Source: Octopus vulgaris
Lineage: Eukaryota
Direction: 5' to 3'
Assembly: GCA_951406725.2 (NCBI GenBank)
Contig: OX597819.1
Coordinates: forward strand, 122,016,001 to 122,080,000
DNA: 64,000 nt
This document shows, in pieces, positions 43,581 to 55,177 of the stretch. The notes under the pieces are model-generated. The model did not search any database. It was given only the letters and a program-made list of their open reading frames with translations, and was not told the DNA's origin. Positions within the stretch are counted from its first letter, which is position 1. The number at the start of each line of letters is the position of its first letter. The position numbers and the translations under genes are program-made.

Positions 43581-43671
43581 GGATAAGATCGTTAATTTAA
43601 AAATAAAATAACGATTTTATCAAGTGGTCAGCATGGAAAAAATAACTTTCAAAGGTAATAATTATTAAAAT

Positions 43672-43933
43672 TATAAATTAGGGTATCTACGAGATACCAC
43701 CATGCTGAAAATAGCAGCCATGATCTGACTCTAAAACCATCTTTAATTGTCCATATATCAACACGGAGAGAAAACAAAGAGACAAGATGAAACTAGTAAA
43801 AAATTACTGGATAGTTTCATCTTGTCTCTTTGTTTTCTTTCCGTGTTGATATATGGACAATTAAGGTGGTTTTAGAGTCAGATCATGGCTGCTATTTTCA
43901 GCATGGTGGTATCTCGTAGGTAACCTAATTTAT
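43672..43933. repeat. Palindrome of about 260 bp in an element inserted in (TA)n; Penelope-like inverted terminal fragment
   Basis: ctacgagataccaccatgctgaaaatagcagccatgatctgactctaaaacca vs its reverse complement at 43867-43919. Confidence 0.8.
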
Positions 43934-44108
43934 ACTTATAATTATATATATAGGCGCAGGAGTGGCTGTGTGGTAAGTAGCTTCCTAACCAACCACATGG
44001 TTCCGGGTTCAGTCCTACTGCGTGGCATCTTGGGCAAGTGTCTTCTGCTATAGCCCCGGGCCGACCAATGCCTTGTGAGTGGATTTTGGTAGACGGAAAC
44101 TGAAGGAA

Positions 44109-44162
<54 letters not shown>

Positions 44163-44379
44163 ATATGTGTCCCCCTAGCATTGCTTGACAACCGATGCTG
44201 GTGTGTTTACGTCCCCGTCATTTAGCAAAAAGAGACCGATAGAATAAGTCCGGGTTGATTTGATCCTGGGCTTACAAAGAATAAGTCCCGGGGTTCGATT
44301 TGATCGACTAAAGGTGGTGCATTTCCAGGCGAACATCGACGCAGAAAGGCGCAGTCAAATGACTGAAACAAGTAAAAGA

Positions 44380-44425
<46 letters not shown>

Positions 44426-44796
44426 GTTTATCTTTTTCTTCTCTCTTTTACTCGTTTCATTCAAAAGACTACGGCCATGTTATTTTTCTTTTCATCAGCA
44501 GAAGCTATGTAGGGTGCGTCAGTTTGAGGATACCTCTTTCAAGAGCTCTAACTTGCTTTCAACTTTTTTTTTTTTTTTTTGTTTTACCTTACTTTTCAGG
44601 TAAATAAGCTCAGACATCAAGTCAACTCGGCAAATAAAAAGGGACGCTGTAATACAGGGATAGTGATACAGGGATAGCTCGCTTCCTGAAAGTTGCCTGA
44701 TGCTTCGTTGTCAAAGCTTAAAAGTATCTGAAAGCTGCTGACAGGGATCCAACTCTAGCAGTTAAATGCAAATCGTATGCACAAGGTCTTAATACC

Positions 44797-45029
44797 TATT
44801 TCTTTACTACCCACAAGGGGCTAAACGCAGAGGGGACAAACAAGGACAGACAAACGGATTAAGTCGATTACATCGACCCCCGTGCGTAACTGGTACTTAA
44901 TATATCGACCCCGAAATGATGAAAGGCAAAGTCAGCCTCGACGGAATTTGAACTCAGAACGTAACGGCAGACGAAATACGGCTACGCATTTCGCCCGGCT
45001 TGCTAACGTTTCTGCCAGCTCGCCGCCTT
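44797..45029 (-). mobile_element. SINE family A monomer with TSD
   Basis: 16-bp TSD acaaggtcttaatacc (44781-44796 and 45030-45045). Confidence 0.92.
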
Positions 45030-45352
45030 ACAAGGTCTTAATACCATCATAACACATAACTTTGTGCAAACAGTCTATGAAAATAACAGATAAGACAAAA
45101 CACGGAAAGACAACGATTATAGCGTAACTTTTAATTTGCTGTGTAAAGATGAGTCGTGACATTTTTTTATCTGAAAAGTAAGGTCAAAAAAGAAGGTCAG
45201 TGTGTCAGAAATACCCCCAACAGAAGAGCTGCGTATGAGGATATCCACTGCAAGTGGAATGTCAAGCAAAGGGGTCAGTTTAGGTCAGACGTGACAGGAT
45301 CCATACAAAGCGCTTGTTAAACAGGTTAAGACACCAAGGGGATAGAGCGCTT

Positions 45353-45756
45353 GGATCTTTTCGGTTTGAACGGCAGTTTTTTCTAGCGGTGCCATATGAA
45401 ATTGTCACCCATAATTATGACCCTAGTATCGATCTATTGCATTTCAATCTATTTTAGGGTTAGGGTTAGGGGTGGGGGAAGGGTATCTTATTTTCTTCAG
45501 AAATGTAAATAAACCCAATGTGTTTCTTAAATGAGGGACATATTCATACGGCACAGAATGCTTTTTAACTCAATAGACGTCATTGATTGGTTGAAATTGC
45601 AGAAAAAACAACAAATATCTTACAAGCTATAGAATTTTCTCAATAAAGCCAAGAGAAAAAGATGTTTTATAAACACATTCTACTAGTATACGAAGTTTAA
45701 AATTTTTTAGTTACGTGGAAATTATGTTAAAACTGCCGTTCAAACCGAAAAGATCC
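45353..45756 (+). mobile_element. MITE with GGATCTTTTCGGTTTGAACGGCAG TIRs, 8-bp TSD and internal (TTAGGG)n; copy 1
   Basis: TIRs at both ends; TSD gagcgctt/gaacgctt. Confidence 0.9.
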
Positions 45757-46339
45757 GAACGCTTTGATTTTTTTTTCCAGCGAGAAAAACTTTGACCGAA
45801 ACCAAAAGCTAAAACGAAGGAGGCTCCTACGGTCATGCATATTAAGTTCCCAGCAACTGTGATTGTTCTGGGAGTCGTCCGCAACGAGGGAGATGTCATG
45901 CCTCCTCACTTTTTTCACAAGGCTTAAGAGTCACTGCCGCTGTCTGCACAGAGGTGTTTGAGAAAGTTTTGAAGCTCTGGTTAGACAAAGCACGCAATGA
46001 AACAATGTATATCTTCAAACGAGATTCTGCGCCGTCTCATAAGCGTAGATACTTGCCATAATCATGTTCTCTCAGACAAATGGTCTCCAAACTCACCAGA
46101 CCTCAATCCACTGGACTGTTACGTATAGGGCGAAGTCGAGAGAGAAATTTATCGAGTTCTTTAAGCAATGCACGTTAACAAATACCAGCTGAGTTTTGGT
46201 GAATTTTGCTCTCTCTCTCTCTCTCTCATGCTGGCTGTTCTGCAGGTACTAAGTTGGGGCGTGAAGAAGGAATGGCCGAGACTGTGTCTATGTGTGCTCC
46301 CGTCTGCCTAGATAACTGGTACATACAACCGAGTCATAC

Positions 46340-46677
46340 CTATTTCTTTACTACCCACAAGGGGCTAAACACAGAGGCGACAAACAAGGACAGACAAAGG
46401 GATTAAGTCGATTACATCGACTCCAGTGCGAGACTGGTACTTAATTTATCGACCCCGAAAGGATGAAAAGCAAAGTCAACCTCGGCAGAATTTGAACTCA
46501 GAACGTAACGGCAGACGAAATACGGCTACGCATTTCGCCCGGCGTGCTAATGTTTCTGCCAGCTCGCCGCCTTATAAAGTCGACCTCGGCGGAATTTGAA
46601 CTCAGAACGTAACGGCAAACGAAATACGGCTACGCATTTCGCCCGGCGTGCCAACGTTTCTGCCAGCTCGCCGCCTT
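46340..46677 (-). mobile_element. SINE family A with duplicated head
   Basis: TSD acaaccgagtcatac; head segment present twice (46480-46573 and 46578-46677). Confidence 0.88.
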
Positions 46678-47058
46678 ACAACCGAGTCATACTCTCTTAC
46701 AAGTGACAGCTCTAATATCATTTCGTGTAAAGAGAAGCGAGATAAGACTCAGAACTTGTCAAACAGGTGAGATCGATGTGGTTCACGTTTTGTGTGATGT
46801 TTGTGTATGTTTTGCACAATTTGGATAGTTCTTAGAAAATGTCCACTCATAGAAAAGTAATGACCAATGACAACAATTTGGTTTCAAAAAATTGACATTT
46901 TTTCTCTTTGATGACAGCGACCTACGTGATAATAGTCACGTTGTTATTTCATTTAGTCAAATTCGTAAACAGCTTTACGTCAGCACTTACCCAACCCAAA
47001 CACCGTTTTAATTAACCAAAACTTAAATCTCTTCTAAGATTAGTGAATTGATATTCAT

Positions 47059-48008
47059 ACTCTTTTTACTCTTTTACTTGTTTCAGTCATTTGACTGCGG
47101 CCATGCTGGAGCACCGCCTTTAATCGAGCAACTCAACCCCGGGACTTATTCTTTTGTAAGCCCAGTACTTATTCTATCGGTCTCTTTTGCCGAACCGCTA
47201 AGTGACGGGGACATAAACACACCAGCATCGGTTGTGAAGCAATGCTAGGGGGACAAACACAGACACACATACACTCATATATATATATACATATATACGA
47301 CGGGCTTCTTTCAGTTTCCGTCTACCAAATCCACTCACAGGGCTTTGGTCGGCCGAAGCTATAGTAGAAGACACTTGCCCAAGATGCCACGCAGTGGAAC
47401 TGAACCCGGAACCATGTGGTTGGTAAACAAGCTACTTACCACACAGCCACTCCTGCGCCTCATGGTGGGTTCTTCAAAATTGCATATAGTCCTTCAGTAT
47501 GAATGCGTCCGTTAAGCGAGATATTCATTAAGGGTAACGAAAAGCAATATCGCATTTCATCTAATGTATTCAAATCAGCATAAAACAATTCGTAAATATA
47601 TTCATTCAAAAAAAAAAAATGATCGCCATCATAGGCGCAGGAGTGGCTGTGTGGTAAGTGGCTTGCTAACCAACCACATGTTTCCGGGTTCAGTCCCACT
47701 GCGTGGCATCTTGGGCAAGTGTCTTCTGCTATACCCCCGGGCCGACCAATGCCTTGTGAGTGGATTTGGTAGACGGAAACTGAAAGAAGCCTGTCGTATA
47801 TATGTATATATATATGTATGTGTGTTTGTGTGTCTGTGTTTGTCCCTCTAGCATTGCTTGACAACCGATGCTGGTATGTCTACGACCGATAGAATAAGTA
47901 CTGGGCTTACAAAGAATAAGTCCCGGGGTCGATTTGATCGACTAAAGGCGGTGCTCCAGCATGGCCGCAGTCAAATGACTGAAACAAGTAAAAGAGTAAA
48001 AGAGAGAG
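47059..48008. mobile_element. Head-to-head inverted pair of SINE B copies (47059-47460 minus, 47631-48008 plus)
   Basis: Two near-identical copies in opposite orientation about 170 bp apart. Confidence 0.88.
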
Positions 48009-48399
48009 TATTAGTAATAGCAATTTTTGCATCTCAAAACCTAGTTTTCTTATTCCAGGCCGGGAAAATTACGTTCTTCAGAAGAGGAAAATGTTTGGAG
48101 TGTAGTTTCGATATTGTCTCTGCTGGTTTTGCAATGGTAAATTATTAGACTGACTTGAATTAGTGAAAAATCTGTGCTATAAGTCTGGTACGTAGAGATG
48201 CTGAAGTAGAATTTCTTAGCCTAATGAATTTATCTTTCCTTGGATTACCTTCGTCAAGTGTTACCTTTATTCTCTCTGGGTGGGGGGCAGTTCATGAGGT
48301 ACTCACTTCTGTTCTCTATTTTCTAAAACTACTTTATTTTACACAATAAACCAAAAGTTATTAAGCCTCCTGTTTAAGTCACCGGTACATTGATGCGAG

Positions 48400-48988
48400 A
48401 AAGGTGGCGAGCTGGTAGAAACGTTAGCACGCCGGGCGGTATTTCGTCAGATGTTACGTTGTGAGTTCAAATTTCACCGAGGTCGACTTTGCTTTTCATC
48501 CTTTCGGGGTCGATAAATTAAGTACCAGTTACGCACTGGGGTCGATGTAATCGACTTAATACCTATGTCTGTCCTTGTTTGTCCCCTCTGTTTAGCCCCT
48601 TGTAGGTAGTAAAGAAATAGGTATTTTGTCTGCCGCTATGTTCTGAGTTCAAATTCCACCGAGGTCGACTTTGCCTTTCATCCTTTCGGGGTCGAAAAAT
48701 TAAGTACCAGTTACGCACTGGGGTCGATGTAATCGACTTAATACCTATGTCTGTCCTTGTTTGTCCCCTCTGTGTTTAGCCCCTTGTGGGTAGTAAAGAA
48801 ATAGGTATTTTGTCTGCCGCTTTGTTCTGAGTTCAAATTCCACAGAGGTCGACTTTGCCTTTCATCCTTTCGGGGTCGATAAATTAAGTACCAGTTACGC
48901 ATTGGGGTCGATGTAATCGACTTAATACCTATGTCTGTCCTTGTTTGTCCCCTCTGTGTTTAGCCCCCTTGTGGGTAATAAAGAAATA
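48400..48988 (+). mobile_element. SINE family A trimer bounded by a single TSD
   Basis: 16-bp TSD ggtacattgatgcgag at 48384-48399 and 48989-49004. Confidence 0.92.
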
Positions 48989-49475
48989 GGTACATTGATG
49001 CGAGTCCTCTTGTGGTAAGACGTCAGGCCATATGCTTGGAAATACGATACTACTTCTGGGTACCCTTAACAGATAAGACGTAGAGGTTTATATTTTGTGA
49101 TCATGTGGTGGACTTCCGGTTTGATTCTGTTTCTACTGTTGTCAGGGTTGTATAAGTAAGAATAGTATGTAATAGAAAATATCCATACATTGAGACAAGT
49201 GTAATAGTTAAAATTATTATGATCGGTGGAAATTCGGAATAGCTAGCACTACCTTATGGAGTTGGGAAAGAGATTGGAATTTGGTGGCAGTTTCCTTCAA
49301 CAATGGAATTTCTTCTTTTTTTTTTTTTGCTAAAAAATAAAAAAAAAATTTTTTTTTTTTTCAATATCTTTTTGCCTCTCTACCTTGTACGTGCTTCTGG
49401 TAAATCTTTGCTGCTTCACCCGTATCGTGAGACAAATGTAGTAAGAGTTTACGGAGTTTGTAATGCTATGGAGTG

Positions 49476-49621
49476 GAAGGAAGGAAGGAAGGAAGGAAAA
49501 AAAGGAAAGAAGGAAGGAAGGAAAAAAAGGAAAGAAGGAAGGAAGGAAAAAAGGAAAGAAGGAAGGAAGGAAAAAAAGGAAAGAAGGAAGGAAGGAAGGA
49601 AGGAAGGAAGGAAGGAAGGAA
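49476..49621. repeat. (GGAA)n-type polypurine tract
   Basis: Direct reading; source of the KEGR/PSFL ORFs. Confidence 0.95.
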
Positions 49622-49792
49622 GTCGATCGAATCCACCCCAATGTACATTTCCTGGTTTTTTTAAGCGTGGTACTTATTCTATCTAACACTTTTGCCGAAC
49701 CGCTAAGTTACAGGGACAGAAACACAACACTAGTTGTTAGGCAGTGGAGGGGGACAAACGCAGACACAAAGACACCCGCACACTTACGAACG

Positions 49793-49832
<40 letters not shown>

Positions 49833-51240
49833 CAACCGGCTTCTTTCAGTTTCCGCCTGTCTAGCAAATCAACTCTCAAGGCTTTGGTCAACCCTCGGCT
49901 AAAGTAGCAGACAGTGGCAAAAGGTGCCACGAAGTAGGACCGAACCAAGAACCATGTAGCTTGAAAGCAAACTTCTTCCCCACACATCCACTAATTTAAT
50001 AATTTATAAATCCGTATTTAGCCTGTATCGGAAACCGTTAATTCTTTTCATAAATGTCTTTATTTAAAACGTATTTTTTGATGACTCATACCTAAGACTT
50101 CCCTATATGGAAAATAAACACTTCCATTCTGCAGTTCAAATCTTGTTTTCATTTTACTCAGGCCTCTCCTTCATTTCTAGACATTAGAATTATTTTGCCT
50201 TGCCAAACAGAATGCTCTGCCTCATATATATATGTGTGTTTATAGGCGGCGAGCTGGCTGAAACGTTAGCACGCCGGGCGAAAGTCTTAGCGGTATTTCG
50301 TCTGTCATTACGTTCTGAGTTCAAATTTCGCCGAGGCCGACTTTGCCTTTCATCCTTTCGGTGTCGATAAATAAAGTACCAGTTACGCACTGGGGTCGAT
50401 GTGATCGACTTAATCCCTTTGTCTGTCCTTGTTTGTCCCCCCTCTATGTTTAGCCCCTTGTGGGTAGTAAAGAAATATATATATGTGTGTGTGTGTGTGC
50501 GTGTATATATATATGTGTGTATATAAATATATGTGTGTCTATATATATGTGTGTGTATATATGTGTGGTTTCAAATTTTGCTACAAGAGCAACAGTTTTA
50601 GGGAAAGTTGGGGGGGGTTGAGTCGATTACATCGACCGCAGTGTTTCACTGGTGTTTAATTCATCGACCCCGAAAGGATGAAAGACAAAGTCGACCTCGG
50701 TGGAATTTGAACTCATAACGTAAAGGCGGGCGAAATGCCACTAAACATTTAATAATAATGGTGATTACTCATCTAAGAAATTCGGAGAGAAACAATACAT
50801 GCATGTATAGGTGGGTGATTGGATGGACAGTCACTGTTTCGCGGATGTTTATACGTATACAGTAATCACTTACCCTATTGCGGTTCACCTATCGCACCCT
50901 CAGTATATCGCGGGTTTTTGTGGATAATATATGTAAATTTATATCGCGGTTTCCTCAGTATATCGCGTGTTTCTGCACCCGATAGATATTTATATTCTTT
51001 CGATTTGAATAATTTCTGTAGTAAAATAAGCATTTTCACGTCTAAAAATTAACAAATTTAGGCGTAGGAGTGGCTGTGTGGTAAGTAGCCTGCTTGCGAA
51101 CCACATGGTTCTGGGTTCAGTCCCACTGCGTGGCACCTTGGGCGAGTGTCTTCTACTATAGCCTCGGGTCGACCAAAGCTTTGTGAGTGAATTTGGTAGA
51201 CGGAAACTGAAAGAAGCCCGTCGCATATATGTATGTGTAT

Positions 51241-51285
<45 letters not shown>

Positions 51286-51371
51286 TTTATTTAAAGCAGC
51301 AGAAAATTCAACAAAACCTGTTACTCTGAGTTTCACGTTGCCGTTCATCGGACAGTTTTTGCTAGCAAAAA

Positions 51372-51409
51372 CTGTCCGATGAACGGCAACGTGAAACTCA
51401 GAGTAACAG
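51372..51409 (+). ncRNA. Minimal type-I hammerhead ribozyme (U4C); mirror copy on the minus strand at 51318-51355, inside palindrome 51286-51441
   Basis: CTGT-CCGATGA-ACG gcaa CGT-GAA-ACTCAGAGT-A-ACAG: perfect stems I and II, GNRA loop, quasi-palindromic stem III, GUA site. Confidence 0.75.
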
Positions 51410-51500
51410 GTTTTGTTGAATTATCTGCTGCTTTAAATAAAGCATATTACTCTACCACTGGTATTTTTTCCACCTTGTTTCACATTTATGTGTTTACTCC

Positions 51501-51576
<76 letters not shown>

Positions 51577-51926
51577 CCCCCAACATCGCTTGACAACTGA
51601 TGCTGGTGTATTTACGTCCACGTAACTTAGCGGTTCTGCAAAAGAGATCGATAGAATATGTACTAGGCTTACAAAGAATAAGTCCTGGAATCGATTTGCT
51701 CGACTAAAAGGCAGTGCTCCAGCATGGCCGTAGTCAAATGACTGAAACAAGTAAAAGAGTAAATGAAAATAGAGTACAGTACTGCACTGTAAAACACATT
51801 AATGAAAATATATTAAAAGAAAATACGTAGTGTACCGTAGATGAGCAAACAAAGAAACGCCCATACTGTATGGAAAACGAAACTCGGGAGGCGAGTGTGG
51901 GGTATTGCTTTGCATTTATAATAAAG

Positions 51927-52327
51927 CTAGCAGTATCGCCCGGCGTTGCTCGGGTTTGTAAGGGAAATAACTATAAAGCATTTTTAGAGAGTTATAGCCA
52001 AAAAATAGCAAAAAATGCATTAAAAATGGAAAAAAATTATGGTAAATTATGGTAAATTTTTTTTTAAATTGTTGACTCATCGTAGACAATTTTTAGAGAG
52101 TTACTTCCCTTTATTAAAAAAAAATGCATTAAAATGGAAAAAATGATGGTAAATTATTTTTTAAATCGTAGACTCATCGTAGACGCGCGCTAATACCCAG
52201 AAGGGCTCGATATGAATCACGACTATAAGATACCCGGTTTTGGTTAAACTGCATCGCAAAATGTGGGAGTAGTTAGGAATCTAAATCGGAGTAGACAGAC
52301 ACACAACCTTTCTTTTATATATAAAGA
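51927..52327 (-). mobile_element. Non-autonomous Helitron
   Basis: Minus strand starts TC (tctttatatat), ends with hairpin cccgagcaacgccggg then CTAG; no TSD; interrupts MITE sequence ttgcatttataataaa/taaatatatacaaa. Confidence 0.8.
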
Positions 52328-52778
52328 TAAATATATACAAACTATAAAAATATACAGCACAGTACTGTTTCTACTTCGCGGATTTTCACCTATCGCCGGG
52401 ATGGTTTCAGGTTTGGAACGTAACATCCGCGGCAGTCGGGGGATTACTGTATGTATAAAGAGGTCACAAGCCATTTTGGCATCTTCCGATTGTATCAACC
52501 CCACCACTACCACCCTATTTCTACCAGTCGTGCCCGGCATCGTTGCTACCATCACGAAATAGCGGATTCTTTTGATCACACAGTAGCACGACCTTCATTT
52601 CTGTAAACCACGCAGCAGTCACACCGTCCTGCGTTCAGTGGTCACCGCTCCAACCATGCCGTAAGAGTTGACAATAGTTGATTTGACTTCTTAGAATCAT
52701 TCCCTTTTCAGAACAACACTTAAGTTTCAATAAAGTCAGGATGGTTATGGCTGGAACGCTGTTGGTCAGTTATCTGTG

Positions 52779-54300
52779 AGGGCGGCGATCTGGCAGAATC
52801 GTTAACGCGCCGGAAGAAATGCTTAGCGGTTTTTCGTCTGCAGTTACGTTCTGAGTTCAAATTCCGCCGAGGTCGACTTTGCCTTTCATACTTTCGTGGT
52901 CGATTAAATAAGTACCAGTTACGCACTGGGGTCGATATAATCAGCTTAATCCCTTTGTCTATCCTTGTTTGTCCTCTCTGTGTTTAGCCCCTTGTGGGTA
53001 GTAAAGAAATAGGTATTTTGTCTGCCGCTATGTTCTGAGTTCAAATTCTGCCGAGGTCGACTTTGCCTTTCATCCTCTCGGTGGTCGATTAAATAAGTAC
53101 CAGTTACGCACTGGGGTCAATATAATCAACTTAATCCCTTTGTCTGTCCTTGTTTGTCCTCTCTGTGTTTAGCCCCTTGTGGGTAGTAAAGAAATAGGTA
53201 TTTTGTCTGCCGCTATGTTCTGAGTTCAAATTCCGCCGAGGTCGACTTTGCCTTTCATCCTCTCGGGGTCGATTAAATAAGTACCAGTTACGCACTGGGG
53301 TCAATATAATCAACTTAATCCCTTTGTCTGTCCTTGTTTGTCCTCTCTGTGTTTAGCCCCTTGTGGGTAGTAAAGAAATAGGTATTTTGTCTGCCGCTAT
53401 GTTCTGAGTTCAAATTCCGCCGAGGTCGACTTTGCCTTTCATCCTTTCGGTGTCGATTAAATAAGTACCAGTTACGCACTGGGGTCAATATAATCAACTT
53501 AATCCCTTTGTCTGTCCTTGTTTGTCCTCTCTGTGTTTAGCCCCTTGTGGGTAGTAAAGAAATAGGTATTTTGTCTGCCGCTATGTTCTGAGTTCAAATT
53601 CCGCCGAGGTCGACTTTGCCTTTCATCCTCTCGGGGTCGATTAAATAAGTACCAGTTACGCACTGGGGTCAATATAATCAACTTAATCCCTTTGTCTGTC
53701 CTTGTTTGTCCTCTCTGTGTTTAGCCCCTTGTGGGTAGTAAAGAAATAGGTATTTTGTCTGCCGCTATGTTCTGAGTTCAAATTCCGCCGAGGTCGACTT
53801 TGCCTTTCATCCTTTCGGTGTCGATTAAATAAGTACCAGTTACGCACTGGGGTCAATATAATCAACTTAATCCCTTTGTCTGTCCTTGTTTGTCCTCTCT
53901 GTGTTTAGCCCCTTGTGGGTAGTAAAGAAATAGGTATTTTGTCTGCCGCTATGTTCTGAGTTCAAATTCCGCCGAGGTCGACTTTGCCTTTCATCCTCTC
54001 GGTGTCGATTAAATAAGTACCAGTTACGCACAGGGGTAGATGTAATCGACTTAATCCGTTTGTCTGTCCTTGTTTGTCCCCCCTATGTTTAGCCCCTTGT
54101 GGGTAGTAAAGAAATTGGTATTTCGTCTGCCGTTACGTTCTGAGTTCAAATTCCGCCGAGGTCGACTTTGCCTTTCATCCTCTCGGTGTCGATTAAATAA
54201 GTACCAGTTACGCACAGGGGTAGATGTAATCGACTTAATCCGTTTGTCTGTCCTTGTTTGTCCCCTCTATGTTTAGCCCCTTGTGGGCAATAAAGAAATA
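52779..54300 (+). repeat. SINE A head followed by about 8 tandem 184-bp units
   Basis: The 184-bp period is visible directly and in ORFs at 53131, 53315, 53499, 53683. Confidence 0.95.
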
Positions 54301-54621
54301 TCTATTCGATCTGCGGGTAAAGAACCATCAACTCACCATTCGACTTGCATACGAACGTGCTTTCCTTCCACTTATCAAATATACTTGTGAACTGAAAACG
54401 GCCAGAGTGTGTTGCTCTTGCTTTCTTTGTTTCGGATAGGCGCATCGTGACTGTGATAACTTCGCTTCCCGACCACATGGTTCAGGATTCAGTCCCATTG
54501 CGCAAAGCCTTGAGCAAGGGGTCTTTTATTACAGCCTCGAGTCCATCACAACTTTGTGAGTGGATTTGAGAGGCTGAAACTGAAAGAAGCCCATCGTGCG
54601 TGTGTGTGCGTGAGAGAGAGA

Positions 54622-54653
<32 letters not shown>

Positions 54654-54860
54654 CTGTTTTTCATGAAATACAATGAGAGGAACTTAATTTCAAAACCGGT
54701 ATAAACGCATGTTTGGTCGATCTCATGATAACCATTAAAACACAATCCGCAAGCTGCTAGCTTCACGCACCTGATTTTTTCTTTTTTTTTTTCAGTCAAA
54801 CTGGGATAGAGGTTATACAGATAGTTGGCAAATCTTAGTCTTCCAATCAAAAATCAGAGA

Positions 54861-55163
54861 CAGTAATCCCACGCCATATCGCGTTTCACCTATCGCGGTT
54901 TATTAAGCTTACGTCGATTCCTCCATGGTGTTGTTTTGCATTTATAATAAAATAGGTGGAGGTAAAGAATACGTACACCACCCGTTTTCGGCATAACAAA
55001 AACCCTAATCCTAAATACCGGGTATGCGTATTCTTTAATTTCGCCATAAAATAAATATATACAAATTATTAAAAAAATATATAGAAAGTACTGTTTCTAC
55101 TTCGCGGATTTTCACCTATCGCGGGGTTGGAACGTAACACCCGCGATAGTCGAGGGATTACTG
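54861..55163. mobile_element. Second pogo/Tigger-like MITE copy
   Basis: cagtaatccc...gggattactg followed by TA. Confidence 0.75.
54955..55045. mobile_element. 91-bp mini-MITE with GG...CC ends, 8-bp TSD and internal CCCTAA-like motif
   Basis: ggtggaggtaaagaatacgtac / gtatgcgtattctttaatttcgcc; TSD ataaaata at 54947-54954 and 55046-55053. Confidence 0.75.
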
Positions 55164-55177
55164 TACATTGAAGTTGT

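Larger units (their letters stand above)
44630..46170 (+). pseudogene. maT/DD37D-like transposase relic with nested SINE A and MITE
   Basis: FFSSEKNFD...PTVMHIKFPATVIVLGVVRNEGDVMPPHFF...YIFKRDSAPSH...WSPNSPDLNPLDCYV. Confidence 0.8.
50860..52449. mobile_element. pogo/Tigger-like MITE (CAGTAATC...GATTACTG, TA TSD) expanded by nested SINE B, Penelope-like palindrome and Helitron
   Basis: Termini with flanking TA; internal pieces match the shorter copy at 54861-55163. Confidence 0.75.

Noticed and set aside
49303-49864. Lys/Glu/Gly/Arg-rich ORFs
   Set aside because: Translation of a (GGAA)n tract
52779-54300. Regular array resembling CRISPR or a repeated small-ORF cluster
   Set aside because: Units are contiguous near-identical 184-mers with no unique spacers, match a dispersed SINE, and there are no cas genes in this eukaryotic context
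54660-54790. CGLCFNGYHEIDQTCVY resembling the GLVF...QTCV end of a CBM14 domain
   Set aside because: Wrong spacing, other cysteines missing, no convincing splice sites
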